The notes below the pieces were generated by a model. The model searched no databases, was not told the DNA's origin, and saw only the letters and a list, made by a program, of their open reading frames with translations. A DNA stretch of 32,000 bases from assembly GCF_003367075.2 (NCBI RefSeq), contig NZ_CP065936.1:2970001-3002000 (forward strand), written 5' to 3'. Shown here piece after piece: positions 15,188 through 23,747 of this stretch. The translations under genes were made by a program, and so were the position numbers. Position 1 is the stretch's first letter. Each line of letters begins with the position of its first letter. The DNA comes from Cylindrospermopsis raciborskii Cr2010. Its GTDB lineage: Bacteria; Cyanobacteriota; Cyanobacteriia; Cyanobacteriales; Nostocaceae.

Positions 15188-16190
15188 ATGACCCGATTCA
15201 TTCACGACCAATTTGCCAAGGACTACCTAGAAGAAATTCTCAGACCTTATGGGGAAATAGAATCTTCTAAGCGAGTTCCAGGAGAAGTTAGACAAATAGA
15301 CTGTTTCTTTTCTCCAGCAGGTGAAAAAATCACCAAACTATCGGGTTTAGGTGTACTAGGCAGTTTTGCCAGATTGCCGGGGGTATTTGAACCATTTAGG
15401 AATGCAGCATCAGAGGAAGAAATATGTGATTGCATATTGAAGCTACTGGAAATAAGAGGGTTAATGCAAAGGGAAGCAAAGCGAGATAAAACAAAACTAG
15501 ACGCCAGAAAAAGTTCCCTATCTGTGGATTTTGACACCAACAACGTCAAAGAAAATACTAAAAGGATTTAATGCTGTTGCAGAAAGCAATTCCTGTCAAG
15601 GAGTGTACCATTTAGGAAAAAGTCTGAGAACAAAGATTGTAGCGATTCACCACCTACCGAATACACCAGAAACATTATGGCTAAGAATATTGGGAAGGGG
15701 GAAAGTACGAACAAAAGCAATTGATCAGTTAGAAAAACTGACAGAAGATCACCCATTACGAAGAAAGGTGCTAGAATTGCTATATACTTTGAGACAAAAC
15801 TTGGAGCAAAGTGGAAAAGCTGAAGAAAGGGAAGATAAGGAGTTAATTATGAGGTTAGCACCACTATACCAGCAAGATATAGAAAAAGTGAGACAAGAAG
15901 GTCTTCAGGAAGGCGAACTTCGAGGAGAACAACGTGGAAGACAAGAAGGAAGACAAGAAGGACAGCGAAAGATAATATTACTGTTGCTGAATCACAAGTT
16001 TGATGGAATCGAGTCACCTGTGGTGGAAAGGATAAACAGACTATCACTAGAGCAATTAGAAGCAATGGGTGAATCTTTACTGGATTTTAGACAGATTTCT
16101 GATTTAGAAGCGTGGTTAAAAGACGCAGAAAAATCCGATGATCTAAAACCACAAGTTGATATCCAAAATGGCAATCAACTGGATGTGTAA
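15188..16190 (+). pseudogene. Rpn-like / DUF4351-family gene (MTRFIHDQFAKDYLEE type) split by a +1 A in an A5 run
   Basis: ORFs 15188..15571 and 15531..16190 overlap. Removing one A from AAAAA (15508-15512) gives the continuous reading ...KLDARKVPYLWILTPTTSKKILKGF.... The C-terminal ~100 aa are nearly identical to those of 16485..17447. Confidence 0.7.
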
Positions 16191-16210
16191 TCGGTTACAG
16201 TGTCTACGAC

Positions 16211-16478
16211 GAAGGTTTGTTGATTTTGCCCAGTCGAGGTTATAATGTGGGTGCGGAGTTAACTGACGGATTTAAGGGAAAGGCAAAACCTAAGTCCTAA
16301 TGTAACCTTGTTACAGTTGTTAGGAACGAATGAAGAGGAGAGTGGGGAGATAGGTAAAGAACTGTTGCAAAATGCAGAAGCTGAATCTTTACTGGATTTT
16401 AGAGACATTTCTGATTTAGAAGCATGGTTATCTGATTTAGAAGCATGGTTAAAAGACGTAGAAAAATCCATTGTGTGA
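16211..16478 (+). pseudogene. Patchwork remnant of a paralog of the 4348..5259 Rpn-like gene
   Basis: Successive blocks match 4629-4680, 4724-4850 and 5141-5200 with the intervening segments deleted. It contains a 21-bp tandem duplication, TCTGATTTAGAAGCATGGTTA x2 (16410-16451). Confidence 0.75.
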
Positions 16479-16484
16479 TTGTTT

Positions 16485-17447
16485 ATGGTAAAAAAATCAG
16501 ATATTGGCGGTAAACGTTTAATTGGACTTAGTCCACAGGCTTGGGGGCGTTGGGTCACGGGGGATAAAACGATCAAAGTTCAGGAAATTATTAACAGTGA
16601 ACTTCAATGGATCGAGCGGGAAAGTGATGTTTTGCTCAAGGCCCATAGTCCTGAGTGTGGCGATTTTATTCTGCTGAATGAGCTACAACTGCGCCATGAT
16701 GCTAAGATGCCCCGACGAATGAGAGCTTATGCTGCTCTAGTAGAGGAAAAGTATGGGCTACTAGTCTATCCAGTGGTCGTCAATATTCTTCAACCGGGGC
16801 CGACGGAGATAATTCGCAGCCGTTATGAGTCCGAAATTATGGGCTGTAGGGCCTATCAGGACTATCGGGTGATTAATTTGTGGGAGATTGAGGCGGAGAC
16901 GGTGTTTGAGCAAAATCTGTCTTCCTTGCTACCGTTTGTCCCAATTTTGAAGGGGGGTAATAGTGAGGTAAATCTCCGTCAGGCTCTACTCAATCTTCGC
17001 AAGAATGAAGTGTTGGGGGATTTGGAGCCATTGTTGTCTTTTTTTGCTAGCTTTGTATTTAATATCCCTTTAGTACAACAAATGATGAGGTGGGACATGA
17101 CGGTATTACGTGAATCGCCCTGGTACAACGAAATTCTTAAGGAAGGTCTTCAGAAAGGTCGTCAGGAAGGCGAACTTCGAGGAGAACAACGTGGAAGACA
17201 AGAAGGAAGACAAGAAGGACAGCGAAAGATAATATTACTGTTGCTGAATCACAAGTTTGATGGAATCGAGTCACCTGTGGTGGAAAGGATAAACAGACTA
17301 TCACTAGAGCAATTAGAAGCAATAGGTGAATCTTTACTGGATTTTAGACAGATTTCTGATTTAGAAGCGTGGTTAAAAGACGCAGAAAAATCCAATGATC
17401 TAAAACCACAAGTTGATACCCAAAATGGCAATCAACTGGATGTGTAA
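16485..17447 (+). CDS. Rpn/YhgA-like putative PD-(D/E)XK nuclease (SDIGGKRLIGLSPQAW type) with a DUF4351-type C-terminal module
   Basis: The N-terminal region DIGGKRLI..P.AW..WVT and LNELQLRHDAKMPRRMRAY fit the cyanobacterial Rpn/putative-transposase family. ATG 16485 is preferred over TTG 16479. The C-terminus is shared with 15188..16190. Confidence 0.7.
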   Translation: MVKKSDIGGKRLIGLSPQAWGRWVTGDKTIKVQEIINSELQWIERESDVLLKAHSPECGDFILLNELQLRHDAKMPRRMRAYAALVEEKYGLLVYPVVVNILQPGPTEIIRSRYESEIMGCRAYQDYRVINLWEIEAETVFEQNLSSLLPFVPILKGGNSEVNLRQALLNLRKNEVLGDLEPLLSFFASFVFNIPLVQQMMRWDMTVLRESPWYNEILKEGLQKGRQEGELRGEQRGRQEGRQEGQRKIILLLLNHKFDGIESPVVERINRLSLEQLEAIGESLLDFRQISDLEAWLKDAEKSNDLKPQVDTQNGNQLDV

Positions 17448-17665
17448 TCGGTTACAGTGTCTACAACGAGCGATTGCAAAGCAGATCTCCTGTAAGGAGT
17501 GCTTCGCGATCGCATTTACACATATCAAGTTGGTCTGTTGCGTTTCGTGCCTCAACCCAACCTACGATTACCCACGACAAGACCAGTCGGGTTTAACCCA
17601 CTTGAGCTTTGCGAGCTCCTGTAAGGAGTGCTTCGCGATCGCCATTTCTTTTAAAATAGGTTCAA
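17448..17665 (+). repeat. Copy 3 (shorter variant) of the hairpin-rich repeat element
   Basis: Contains two direct copies of CTCCTGTAAGGAGTGCTTCGCGATCGC flanking the GTT..GTTTCGTGCCTCAACCCAACCTACGATTACCCACGACAAGACCAGTCGGGTTTAACC core. It lacks the GAGAC..GGTCTC and GGGTTGA..TCAACCC hairpins of copies 1 and 2. Confidence 0.7.
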
Positions 17666-17675
17666 CTAATATATT

Positions 17676-18098
17676 ATGTTGCAAGCTACTACCATACAGA
17701 TTTCTTATAAAAACAATTTAAACAATATACTCCCAGATATAAAAGAACTACTGGACACTTGTTATCCCCGACCACCACGTAATGTTTTTTACCTCCTGAT
17801 GGAGAAATACTGTGTTGGATTTCCTGTTTATATAGCCAGTGACAACTTTAGCAGAATTGTCGGATTTACCTACCTAGCTATCAACAGCAAGGGAGGAACT
17901 CTAGAATCCTTAGCCGTGCATCCCGACTTCAGAAATCAAAACCTAGGTTCCCAGCTAGTTAACACCCTTCTGAAGGAGAATAAAGGAGTGATTCAAATTA
18001 CAACCCGTATTCCCAAATTTTTTGAGAAACTGGGCTTTGAGTATGTAAAAACCCTTCCCGACCAATCACACTACATGATAAATATCAACTTTAGTTAA
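17676..18098 (+). CDS. Small GNAT-family N-acetyltransferase (copy 2)
   Basis: Paralog of 5587..6009 with five amino-acid differences by eye. Confidence 0.75.
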   Translation: MLQATTIQISYKNNLNNILPDIKELLDTCYPRPPRNVFYLLMEKYCVGFPVYIASDNFSRIVGFTYLAINSKGGTLESLAVHPDFRNQNLGSQLVNTLLKENKGVIQITTRIPKFFEKLGFEYVKTLPDQSHYMININFS

Positions 18099-18108
18099 AC
18101 ATATTCCT

Positions 18109-19158
18109 ATGAGCATTGCGATCGCAAGTAAAATATTAGGTAAAAGTCATCCCCCATTCATAATTGCGGAGATGTCAGGTAACCACAACCAGTCTCTTGA
18201 AAGAGCGTTAGAAATAGTAGAAGCAGCAGCGAAAGCGGGTGTTGATGCACTCAAACTCCAGACTTATACAGCAGATACCATGACACTAGACATAGAGACA
18301 GGGGAATTTTTCATTAACGATCCCAACTCTTTATGGCAAGGAAACTCACTACACAAACTTTATCAGCAAGCCTATACACCATGGGAGTGGCACGAGCCAA
18401 TATTTAAACGTTGTGAAGAGCTAGGAATAATTGGTTTTAGCACCCCTTTTGACGAGACAGCCATTGAATTTTTAGAGTCATTGAAAGTTCCCTGCTATAA
18501 AATAGCATCCTTTGAGAACACGGACCTCCCCCTAATTAGAAGAGTTGCCAAAACCGGGAAACCCCTGATAATTTCCACAGGGATGGCCAATATATGTGAA
18601 CTAGATGAAACAGTACGTGCTGCTAGGGAAGCGGGTTGTCAAGACCTAATTTTGCTCAAATGCACCAGCACCTATCCAGCCAGTCCACAGAACAGTAACA
18701 TTGCCACAATTCCCCACCTGCGAGATTTATTTAACGTAGAAGCAGGAATATCAGACCATACATTAGGTATAGGCGTATCAGTAGCGAGTGTAGCCATAGG
18801 AGCCAGTGTAATAGAAAAACACTTTACCCTTTCCCGGTCTGATGGTGGAGTGGATGCCAGTTTTTCCATGGAACCGGAGGAAATGGCCCAACTTGTGGTA
18901 GAGTCGAAAAGAGCTTGGCAAGCGTTAGGTCAAGTTCGGTATGGATCCACCGAAGGGGAGAAAAAATCGTTAATATTTAGGCGTAGCTTATATGTAGCTG
19001 AAGATATGAAGGCTGGAGAGATATTAACCAAAGAGAATGTGAGAGCGATTCGTCCAGGCTTAGGATTGCCCCCCAAGTATTTAGAATCACTCCTCGGATT
19101 AGCTGTGAAGAAAGATGTTAAAGCGGGAACTCCTTTATCCTTTGAGTTGTTGAAGTGA
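18109..19158 (+). CDS. pseI: PseI/NeuB-family nonulosonic (pseudaminic-type) acid synthase, intact copy
   Basis: FIIAEMSGNHNQSLERALEIV..AK.AGVDALKLQTY is the NeuB-family TIM-barrel N-terminus. It has a C-terminal SAF/antifreeze-like domain (RSLYVAEDMKAGEILTKENVRAIRPG.GL). PseG occurs in the same locus. Confidence 0.85.
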   Translation: MSIAIASKILGKSHPPFIIAEMSGNHNQSLERALEIVEAAAKAGVDALKLQTYTADTMTLDIETGEFFINDPNSLWQGNSLHKLYQQAYTPWEWHEPIFKRCEELGIIGFSTPFDETAIEFLESLKVPCYKIASFENTDLPLIRRVAKTGKPLIISTGMANICELDETVRAAREAGCQDLILLKCTSTYPASPQNSNIATIPHLRDLFNVEAGISDHTLGIGVSVASVAIGASVIEKHFTLSRSDGGVDASFSMEPEEMAQLVVESKRAWQALGQVRYGSTEGEKKSLIFRRSLYVAEDMKAGEILTKENVRAIRPGLGLPPKYLESLLGLAVKKDVKAGTPLSFELLK

Positions 19159-19240
19159 GATATTTGGGATCCCCCTTGGTGCGATATGATGTAAAGAAAT
19201 GTAAAATAATCGCAATCCTTGGTTTATTTATGCAACAAGT

Positions 19241-19300
19241 GAAGTGCTTCGCGATCGCATTTACATATATCCCGTTTGCTTGTTGGGTTTCGTTATTAAA
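19241..19300 (+). repeat. Partial copy 4 of the repeat element (GAAGTGCTTCGCGATCGC + ATTTACATATAT + GTTGGGTTTCG module only)
   Basis: Begins exactly where the segmental duplication with 8170 ends. It matches the left-core module of copies 1-3 and then diverges. Confidence 0.55.
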
Positions 19301-19369
19301 CTCAACGAGATTGTCACCAACCCCGTTGGTCTTCAAAGCCGTGCTTGAAAGTTTCCCTTCACAGGGATC

Positions 19370-19468
19370 TTCATGGCATGAGCGTCCGGTTCTGAACCCG
19401 TATGAGTTAGGGTCAAATCGCGCTTCCCATTCTGGCTCTAATGCCAGTTTGACAAGTGCTTGCAAGGC
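19370..19468 (-). pseudogene. Group II intron reverse transcriptase/maturase fragment (about 32 codons)
   Basis: The minus-strand translation LQALVKLALEPEWEARFDPNSYGFRTGRSCHE matches the conserved RT domain 1-2 region of group II intron-encoded proteins. There is a stop immediately upstream and the similarity is lost downstream. Confidence 0.7.
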
Positions 19469-19567
19469 TCAGTCTTTCATTGTAGGCGTACTCAAAAGTC
19501 GCTTCTCTTCCATTCCAGGAGGGAATTCATTCCCCAAAGCTTCCCTAAAAAAGCACACATACCATTT

Positions 19568-20677
19568 ATGATTAGTCTAGAAAAAACTCTTCTTGATCAA
19601 GAAACTCTAAGTGAATTATGCTCGGACACACCCCCCAAAACACTAAACACCAGTGAGATATTTGCTCCCAATGGTTTTTACGGCAATGATTTAATCTATA
19701 AACTGTATAGCAATTTACCTATTAGTTACCCGTTAAAATTTGTTTTGCCTCACGCACCAGATTATCTAAATTTTAAGGGGATGGTTTGGGATGCTGAACT
19801 ACTAATTGATCTACCGGAGATTTGGTGTTACTCAAACCAGATGTTTGAGATTTATTCTCAGGCTATCAGAAATCTGCGGATTACGAAAGATGTTGTAAAG
19901 TCTGCGTCCCCATTTATCTACTTGCTTAAACTGCTAGAAACTGATTCTATTTTTACCCAAAGACGTGGAACAATTTTTTTCCCTAGTCACTCTACACATC
20001 ACATAACCGATGAAACTAGTTACGAGTCCTTAGCAGCCAAGTTGGATCTTCTGGAGGAAGAGTACAAACCAATCACCGTCTGTGTTTACTGGCGAGACTT
20101 CAATCTTGGTCGTCATTTACCTTTTGTGGAACGAGGAATGAGAGTTGTGTCAGCTGGTCACATGTACGACCCAGCCTTTCTATTTAGATTTTACCATCTT
20201 TGTTCTTTGCATAAATACTCTTGTGCGAATAACTACGGCACTGCGGTGCTTTACTCTATAAAGTCTGGATGTTCTTACTTTCATTTAGACACAGACCATT
20301 TTATTCAAAATATTTTAGAAAATATTGACTTTAATTCTAAATCATTAAAAAGTGATCCAGCAAATTACCTATTTGGTAAGACCAGCAACGCGGAAGAGAA
20401 CATGAAGCAGTGCAAAATTTTTGCAGATTTATTTGCGACTCCAAAAAGGGAGATGACCCGAGAACAAATAAATTTTGTAGATAAAATTCTCGGATGTCAG
20501 TTTTTAAAAAGCTCTGAAGAAGTTACTAGCTTGATTATGTTAGCTGAGACAAAGTATGTAAATAAAATGAAGGTTTCTTACAGCTACTTGCGAAATCCCA
20601 TTATTCTAATCAAATATCTTTTTAAATCCTTACCAAAAAGTATTTCTTATAAGATTTACCAATCACTTACAAAGTAA
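19568..20677 (+). CDS. Hypothetical protein, candidate GT-B-like glycosyltransferase of the glycan locus
   Basis: 369 aa from ATG 19568; the tracked start at 19460 lies in the intron remnant. The coding sequence is AT-rich. The pattern FFPSHSTHH...EEEYKPITVCVYWRD...VVSAGH...NNYGTAVLYSIKSGC resembles a C-terminal GT-B nucleotide-sugar-binding half. I did not recognise a confident family. Confidence 0.4.
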   Translation: MISLEKTLLDQETLSELCSDTPPKTLNTSEIFAPNGFYGNDLIYKLYSNLPISYPLKFVLPHAPDYLNFKGMVWDAELLIDLPEIWCYSNQMFEIYSQAIRNLRITKDVVKSASPFIYLLKLLETDSIFTQRRGTIFFPSHSTHHITDETSYESLAAKLDLLEEEYKPITVCVYWRDFNLGRHLPFVERGMRVVSAGHMYDPAFLFRFYHLCSLHKYSCANNYGTAVLYSIKSGCSYFHLDTDHFIQNILENIDFNSKSLKSDPANYLFGKTSNAEENMKQCKIFADLFATPKREMTREQINFVDKILGCQFLKSSEEVTSLIMLAETKYVNKMKVSYSYLRNPIILIKYLFKSLPKSISYKIYQSLTK

Positions 20678-20680
20678 TTA

Positions 20681-20858
20681 GAGCTGTTGGGAAATAAAAG
20701 CATATTTCCGGATGACAGAACTTCCCCCATCCCGATTGAATTTATGCTGCATCTAAATAGAAGTTCCATAGCCCTGCACTGACCAACATCAATTGATCAT
20801 CAAAATCGGTCACACGATTCCTATATACAGAATGTACACAGTTATATCTCTTAATTCC
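20681..20858 (-). mobile_element. Left-end fragment (copy C, 178 bp) of the 1012-bp IS
   Basis: Identical to 6677-6854 of copy A, including the inverted repeat. It is again preceded by TTA, and the identity stops abruptly at 20858. Confidence 0.9.
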
Positions 20859-21013
20859 GAGTATATACGTGAAAACAATATTTCAATACTGCTAAATCGC
20901 ATTGATTTCACAGGAAGAATGGGTGTTAAAGTTACTTTGTAGGCAAGGTGATTTACTTTGTGTAACTTTAACTTCTTGTTAAACCTAAAAAGGCCCTCTA
21001 AATCAAATAGAAT

Positions 21014-21612
21014 ATGAAAAAAGTCAATCTTGCTTGTGGTAGTGTCTACATTAAACAAAGCGACTGGGTAAATTTAGACTATCAACCTGTGGGTAATGGA
21101 GTTATAAAAAGTGACTTACTGGGTACATTACCTTTGAATCAAGGTAGTGTTTCTTTAGTTTATTCTTCCCATTTTCTCGAGCACATTCCCAGATCAAAAG
21201 TTGCCCATTTTTTGGGTGAGTGCTTTCGTGTTTTGGAGCCAGGGGGGATCATACGTTTAGTTTTGCCAGACCTAGAAGAGATTTGTTCCCAGTATTTATA
21301 TAACCGTCAGCGGTCAGATCATAAAAAAGCCGACTTTTGCGTAGTTGAAATGATTGACCAGTGTGTTCGTCTTGAAAGTGGTGGTGAGTTGGGTTTACTT
21401 TATAAATTTTATTCTCAATCTTATGATCTGGAACGTGAGATGGTAGAGTACATACGTTCTTTTAATGGGGAAGTGTTATGCGAAGCTGAGAATCATAATA
21501 ATAGCCCCCTTGGTAAAATTGCTTCCCTGTTAGAAGAACCAAAACTGTTGTGGGGCAAAATTGCATATCACATGGAGCAGTGTTACATTCGGATGATAGT
21601 GAGTTTATTACC
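21014..21612 (+). pseudogene. Class-I SAM-dependent methyltransferase, 3'-truncated by IS630 copy 2
   Basis: KVNLACGS...WVNLDY, LVYSSHFLEHIP and LEPGGIIRLVLPD fit the Methyltransf_11/23 type. The ORF runs into the IS630 terminus at 21615 and ends there. Relatives as I recall them continue about 50 aa further. Confidence 0.65.
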
Positions 21613-21623
21613 TACAGCAGTTT

Positions 21624-22127
21624 TCATGTAAATAAACCACAATGATTGAACCAATTAAGCGCATCCTCTGCTGTAATATAATTTACTGCACTTGTCATGG
21701 CCTCATTTAGGGCTTCTAATGTTCGTGCCTCCCGACTACGGAGAAATTGCTTTAATTTTGACCAACACAATTCTATCGGAGATAAGTCTGGAGAATAGGG
21801 GGGTAAAAACTTAACTTTTGCACCGACTGATTCAATTGACAATCTCACGCGCTCGGCATAATGAACCTTTAAATTATCCATAACAACAATAGCCCCTTTC
21901 CATAATTGAGGTACTAAAACCTGATTTACATAAGTGAGAAATACTTCTGTATTTGTGCTTCCCTCTACAGTCATTGCTGCCAGAATTCCATCCATATTTA
22001 AAGCCCCAATCAGAGAAATATTTTTGCCCTTGTTTCCTGGTACGCTACCAATTGCTCTTTGTCCATCTTGGCTTCTGGCAAACAACCTTGACATCCCTAA
22101 ATTTATCCCCGATTCATCTAAAAACAC
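21624..22127 (-). CDS. IS630 transposase orfB (copy 2)
   Basis: 167 aa, with 1 substitution relative to 14602..15105. Confidence 0.85.
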   Translation of the reverse strand: MFLDESGINLGMSRLFARSQDGQRAIGSVPGNKGKNISLIGALNMDGILAAMTVEGSTNTEVFLTYVNQVLVPQLWKGAIVVMDNLKVHYAERVRLSIESVGAKVKFLPPYSPDLSPIELCWSKLKQFLRSREARTLEALNEAMTSAVNYITAEDALNWFNHCGLFT

Positions 22128-22203
22128 TAAATTTCTAATATCAACTGTATCTACCCAACGACGATAATCATGCCTTAATTCTTGAACACGTGGAGTCTCC
22201 TGT

Positions 22204-22572
22204 TCACTGGCATTTAGACTTTTTTTTATGACGTAGACCCAACTTTTCTAAGGCTCGATGCATGGTTGTGATACTAACACTAGTGCCCGTCGTTTCTCTC
22301 AGGCGATCGCACAATTCTGAAAGTAGTAAATCATTTTTCTCATCCAGCCAAGACTTGATCATGTTTAAATATTGGCCTGCAATTACAGGCTTTTCATATC
22401 CTCCACATTGCTTTGGCTCAACTTGCCCAGTTTCACGATAACGACGTACTAAATTTCTCACAAATGATAAGCTGACCTTGAATCTTTCTGCCAACTGGCG
22501 TTGAGATCCCTCTTGAGCAACCCATGCTACAATCACGCGATTACGCAAATCTATTGAATAAGGTTTTGGCAT
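22204..22572 (-). CDS. IS630 transposase orfA (copy 2)
   Basis: 122 aa, with 2 substitutions relative to 14157..14525. It has the same A8 (T8 on the plus strand) tract. Confidence 0.85.
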   Translation of the reverse strand: MPKPYSIDLRNRVIVAWVAQEGSQRQLAERFKVSLSFVRNLVRRYRETGQVEPKQCGGYEKPVIAGQYLNMIKSWLDEKNDLLLSELCDRLRETTGTSVSITTMHRALEKLGLRHKKKSKCQ

Positions 22573-22663
22573 ATAATTTGACAGTACTTCTACTCTATTT
22601 TAGTTTATTACCCTTATTATAGCTTATCTTATTTTGTAGTTTAACTACATGAAAATTGCTGTA

Positions 22664-22737
22664 ATGTGGGAGCCCCCAAGAATTTGATCGAAACTATTCA
22701 TGGTGTTGGCTATCGTCTTAAATGTTTAGATCCCTAA
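22664..22737 (+). pseudogene. 3' fragment of an OmpR-type response regulator gene (last ~23 codons)
   Basis: Reads VGAPKNLIETIHGVGYRLKCLDP*, the characteristic end of the winged-helix DNA-binding domain (..I.TvrGvGYrl). It starts directly at the IS630 boundary. Confidence 0.6.
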
Positions 22738-23237
22738 TCCTTACGTTCTAACAACTCTTCAAAAATCTCATAGTGGCTTTTTTCCATTCCCAGGGACTGA
22801 TAAGTCCTCTTGGCAATTACATTCTCTTTTTCCACATAAAGTCTAAACCCAGAAACTTTCAGCCCACTTGTTTGGGTTTTTGCCTGCTGTTTCACGGCTT
22901 GATATAAAGCTTTAAAAACCCCCTGACGACGAAAATCCGGGTGAACGTATACACTCTGAATCCACCAGTATAAACCATTACGCCAGTCACTCCATTCTGT
23001 GGTAACCATTAGGGACCCAACCACCTGATTATTCTTCTGAGCTAAAAGATAAAATCCTAAACTGGGATTTTTTAATAGTGTTTTCACGCCTGCATTAATA
23101 TCATTAATAGGTAGTTGTTTGTTTTCAGTTTCATATATTAATGCCTGGTTAAATTCAACCAGAACCTGTAAATCCCCCAGTTCACCTTGGCGAATTAGCA
23201 AGTCCGATGCCATATTTTCCTCCATTCCATATAGCAA
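22734..23237 (-). CDS. GNAT-family N-acetyltransferase
   Basis: VYVHPDFRRQGVFKALYQAV is GNAT motif A. The true start may be one of the internal Met codons (MEENMAS). Confidence 0.8.
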   Translation of the reverse strand: MLYGMEENMASDLLIRQGELGDLQVLVEFNQALIYETENKQLPINDINAGVKTLLKNPSLGFYLLAQKNNQVVGSLMVTTEWSDWRNGLYWWIQSVYVHPDFRRQGVFKALYQAVKQQAKTQTSGLKVSGFRLYVEKENVIAKRTYQSLGMEKSHYEIFEELLERKD

Positions 23238-23339
23238 TTCTTAACTCCTAAATTATATTCCCCAGATTCCCGCTCCTAACTTTGAAGAAAGATTAAATAA
23301 ATCCTAAGTATTTTTAAAAATCTCCGTAAGTTGAATAGC

Positions 23340-23744
23340 ATGGAAATAATATTTGGGAATCAAAGGTATTCAATGGAATCATTAAAAAAGCAAATACTGA
23401 CTTTAAGCCAGAAAGTAGATGCTCTATACCAGGTAATTGAAAGCCTTGACAGAAAACTGTCCCAAGGGTTGGCAAATTGCTATTTAGATCCAAACGGGTA
23501 TAGTCATCCAGAAACTGACCAAAATGAACCCTTCTCAGTTAGAATCCCAACTAGTTCAACTAGGGATTTAGAACATAAGGATGTAATTACTGATGGTGTT
23601 TTTTCCGAAAATAAACGTCTGCACGGGGGAGATAGTACCATCACACCAGAGGTTCAGATCCAACGACTCACTGCACAATTAACGGCAGCTTATAACCGAA
23701 TTGCAGCATTGGAAGAACAGTTGTTACGAATGAGAATTCATTAA
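23340..23744 (+). CDS. Hypothetical coiled-coil protein
   Basis: The ORF has heptad-like N- and C-terminal helices (LKKQILTLSQKVDALYQVIESL; RLTAQLTAAYNRIAALEEQLL). ATG 23340 is preferred over TTG 23331. I did not recognise a family. Confidence 0.5.
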   Translation: MEIIFGNQRYSMESLKKQILTLSQKVDALYQVIESLDRKLSQGLANCYLDPNGYSHPETDQNEPFSVRIPTSSTRDLEHKDVITDGVFSENKRLHGGDSTITPEVQIQRLTAQLTAAYNRIAALEEQLLRMRIH

Positions 23745-23747
23745 TAC

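Larger units (their letters stand above)
21615..22661 (-). mobile_element. IS630-family insertion sequence, copy 2, 1047 bp, inverted relative to copy 1
   Basis: Same termini as copy 1, with TA at 21613-21614 and 22662-22663. There are only a few SNPs, giving three amino-acid changes across orfA and orfB. Confidence 0.9.

Noticed and set aside
20810-21058. The 82-aa minus-strand ORF between the IS fragment and the methyltransferase
   Set aside because: It spans the IS-fragment breakpoint and the AT-rich promoter region of the methyltransferase and overlaps its start. There is no motif support.
14068-22661. Simple inversion of 15115-21614 by recombination between the two inverted IS630 copies
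   Set aside because: I joined the exchanged flanks conceptually. Methyltransferase + TA + reverse complement of 14020-14065 terminates after about 4 codons. The reverse complement of 15117-15150 + TA + 22664 does not extend the response-regulator frame. A single inversion therefore does not restore either gene.
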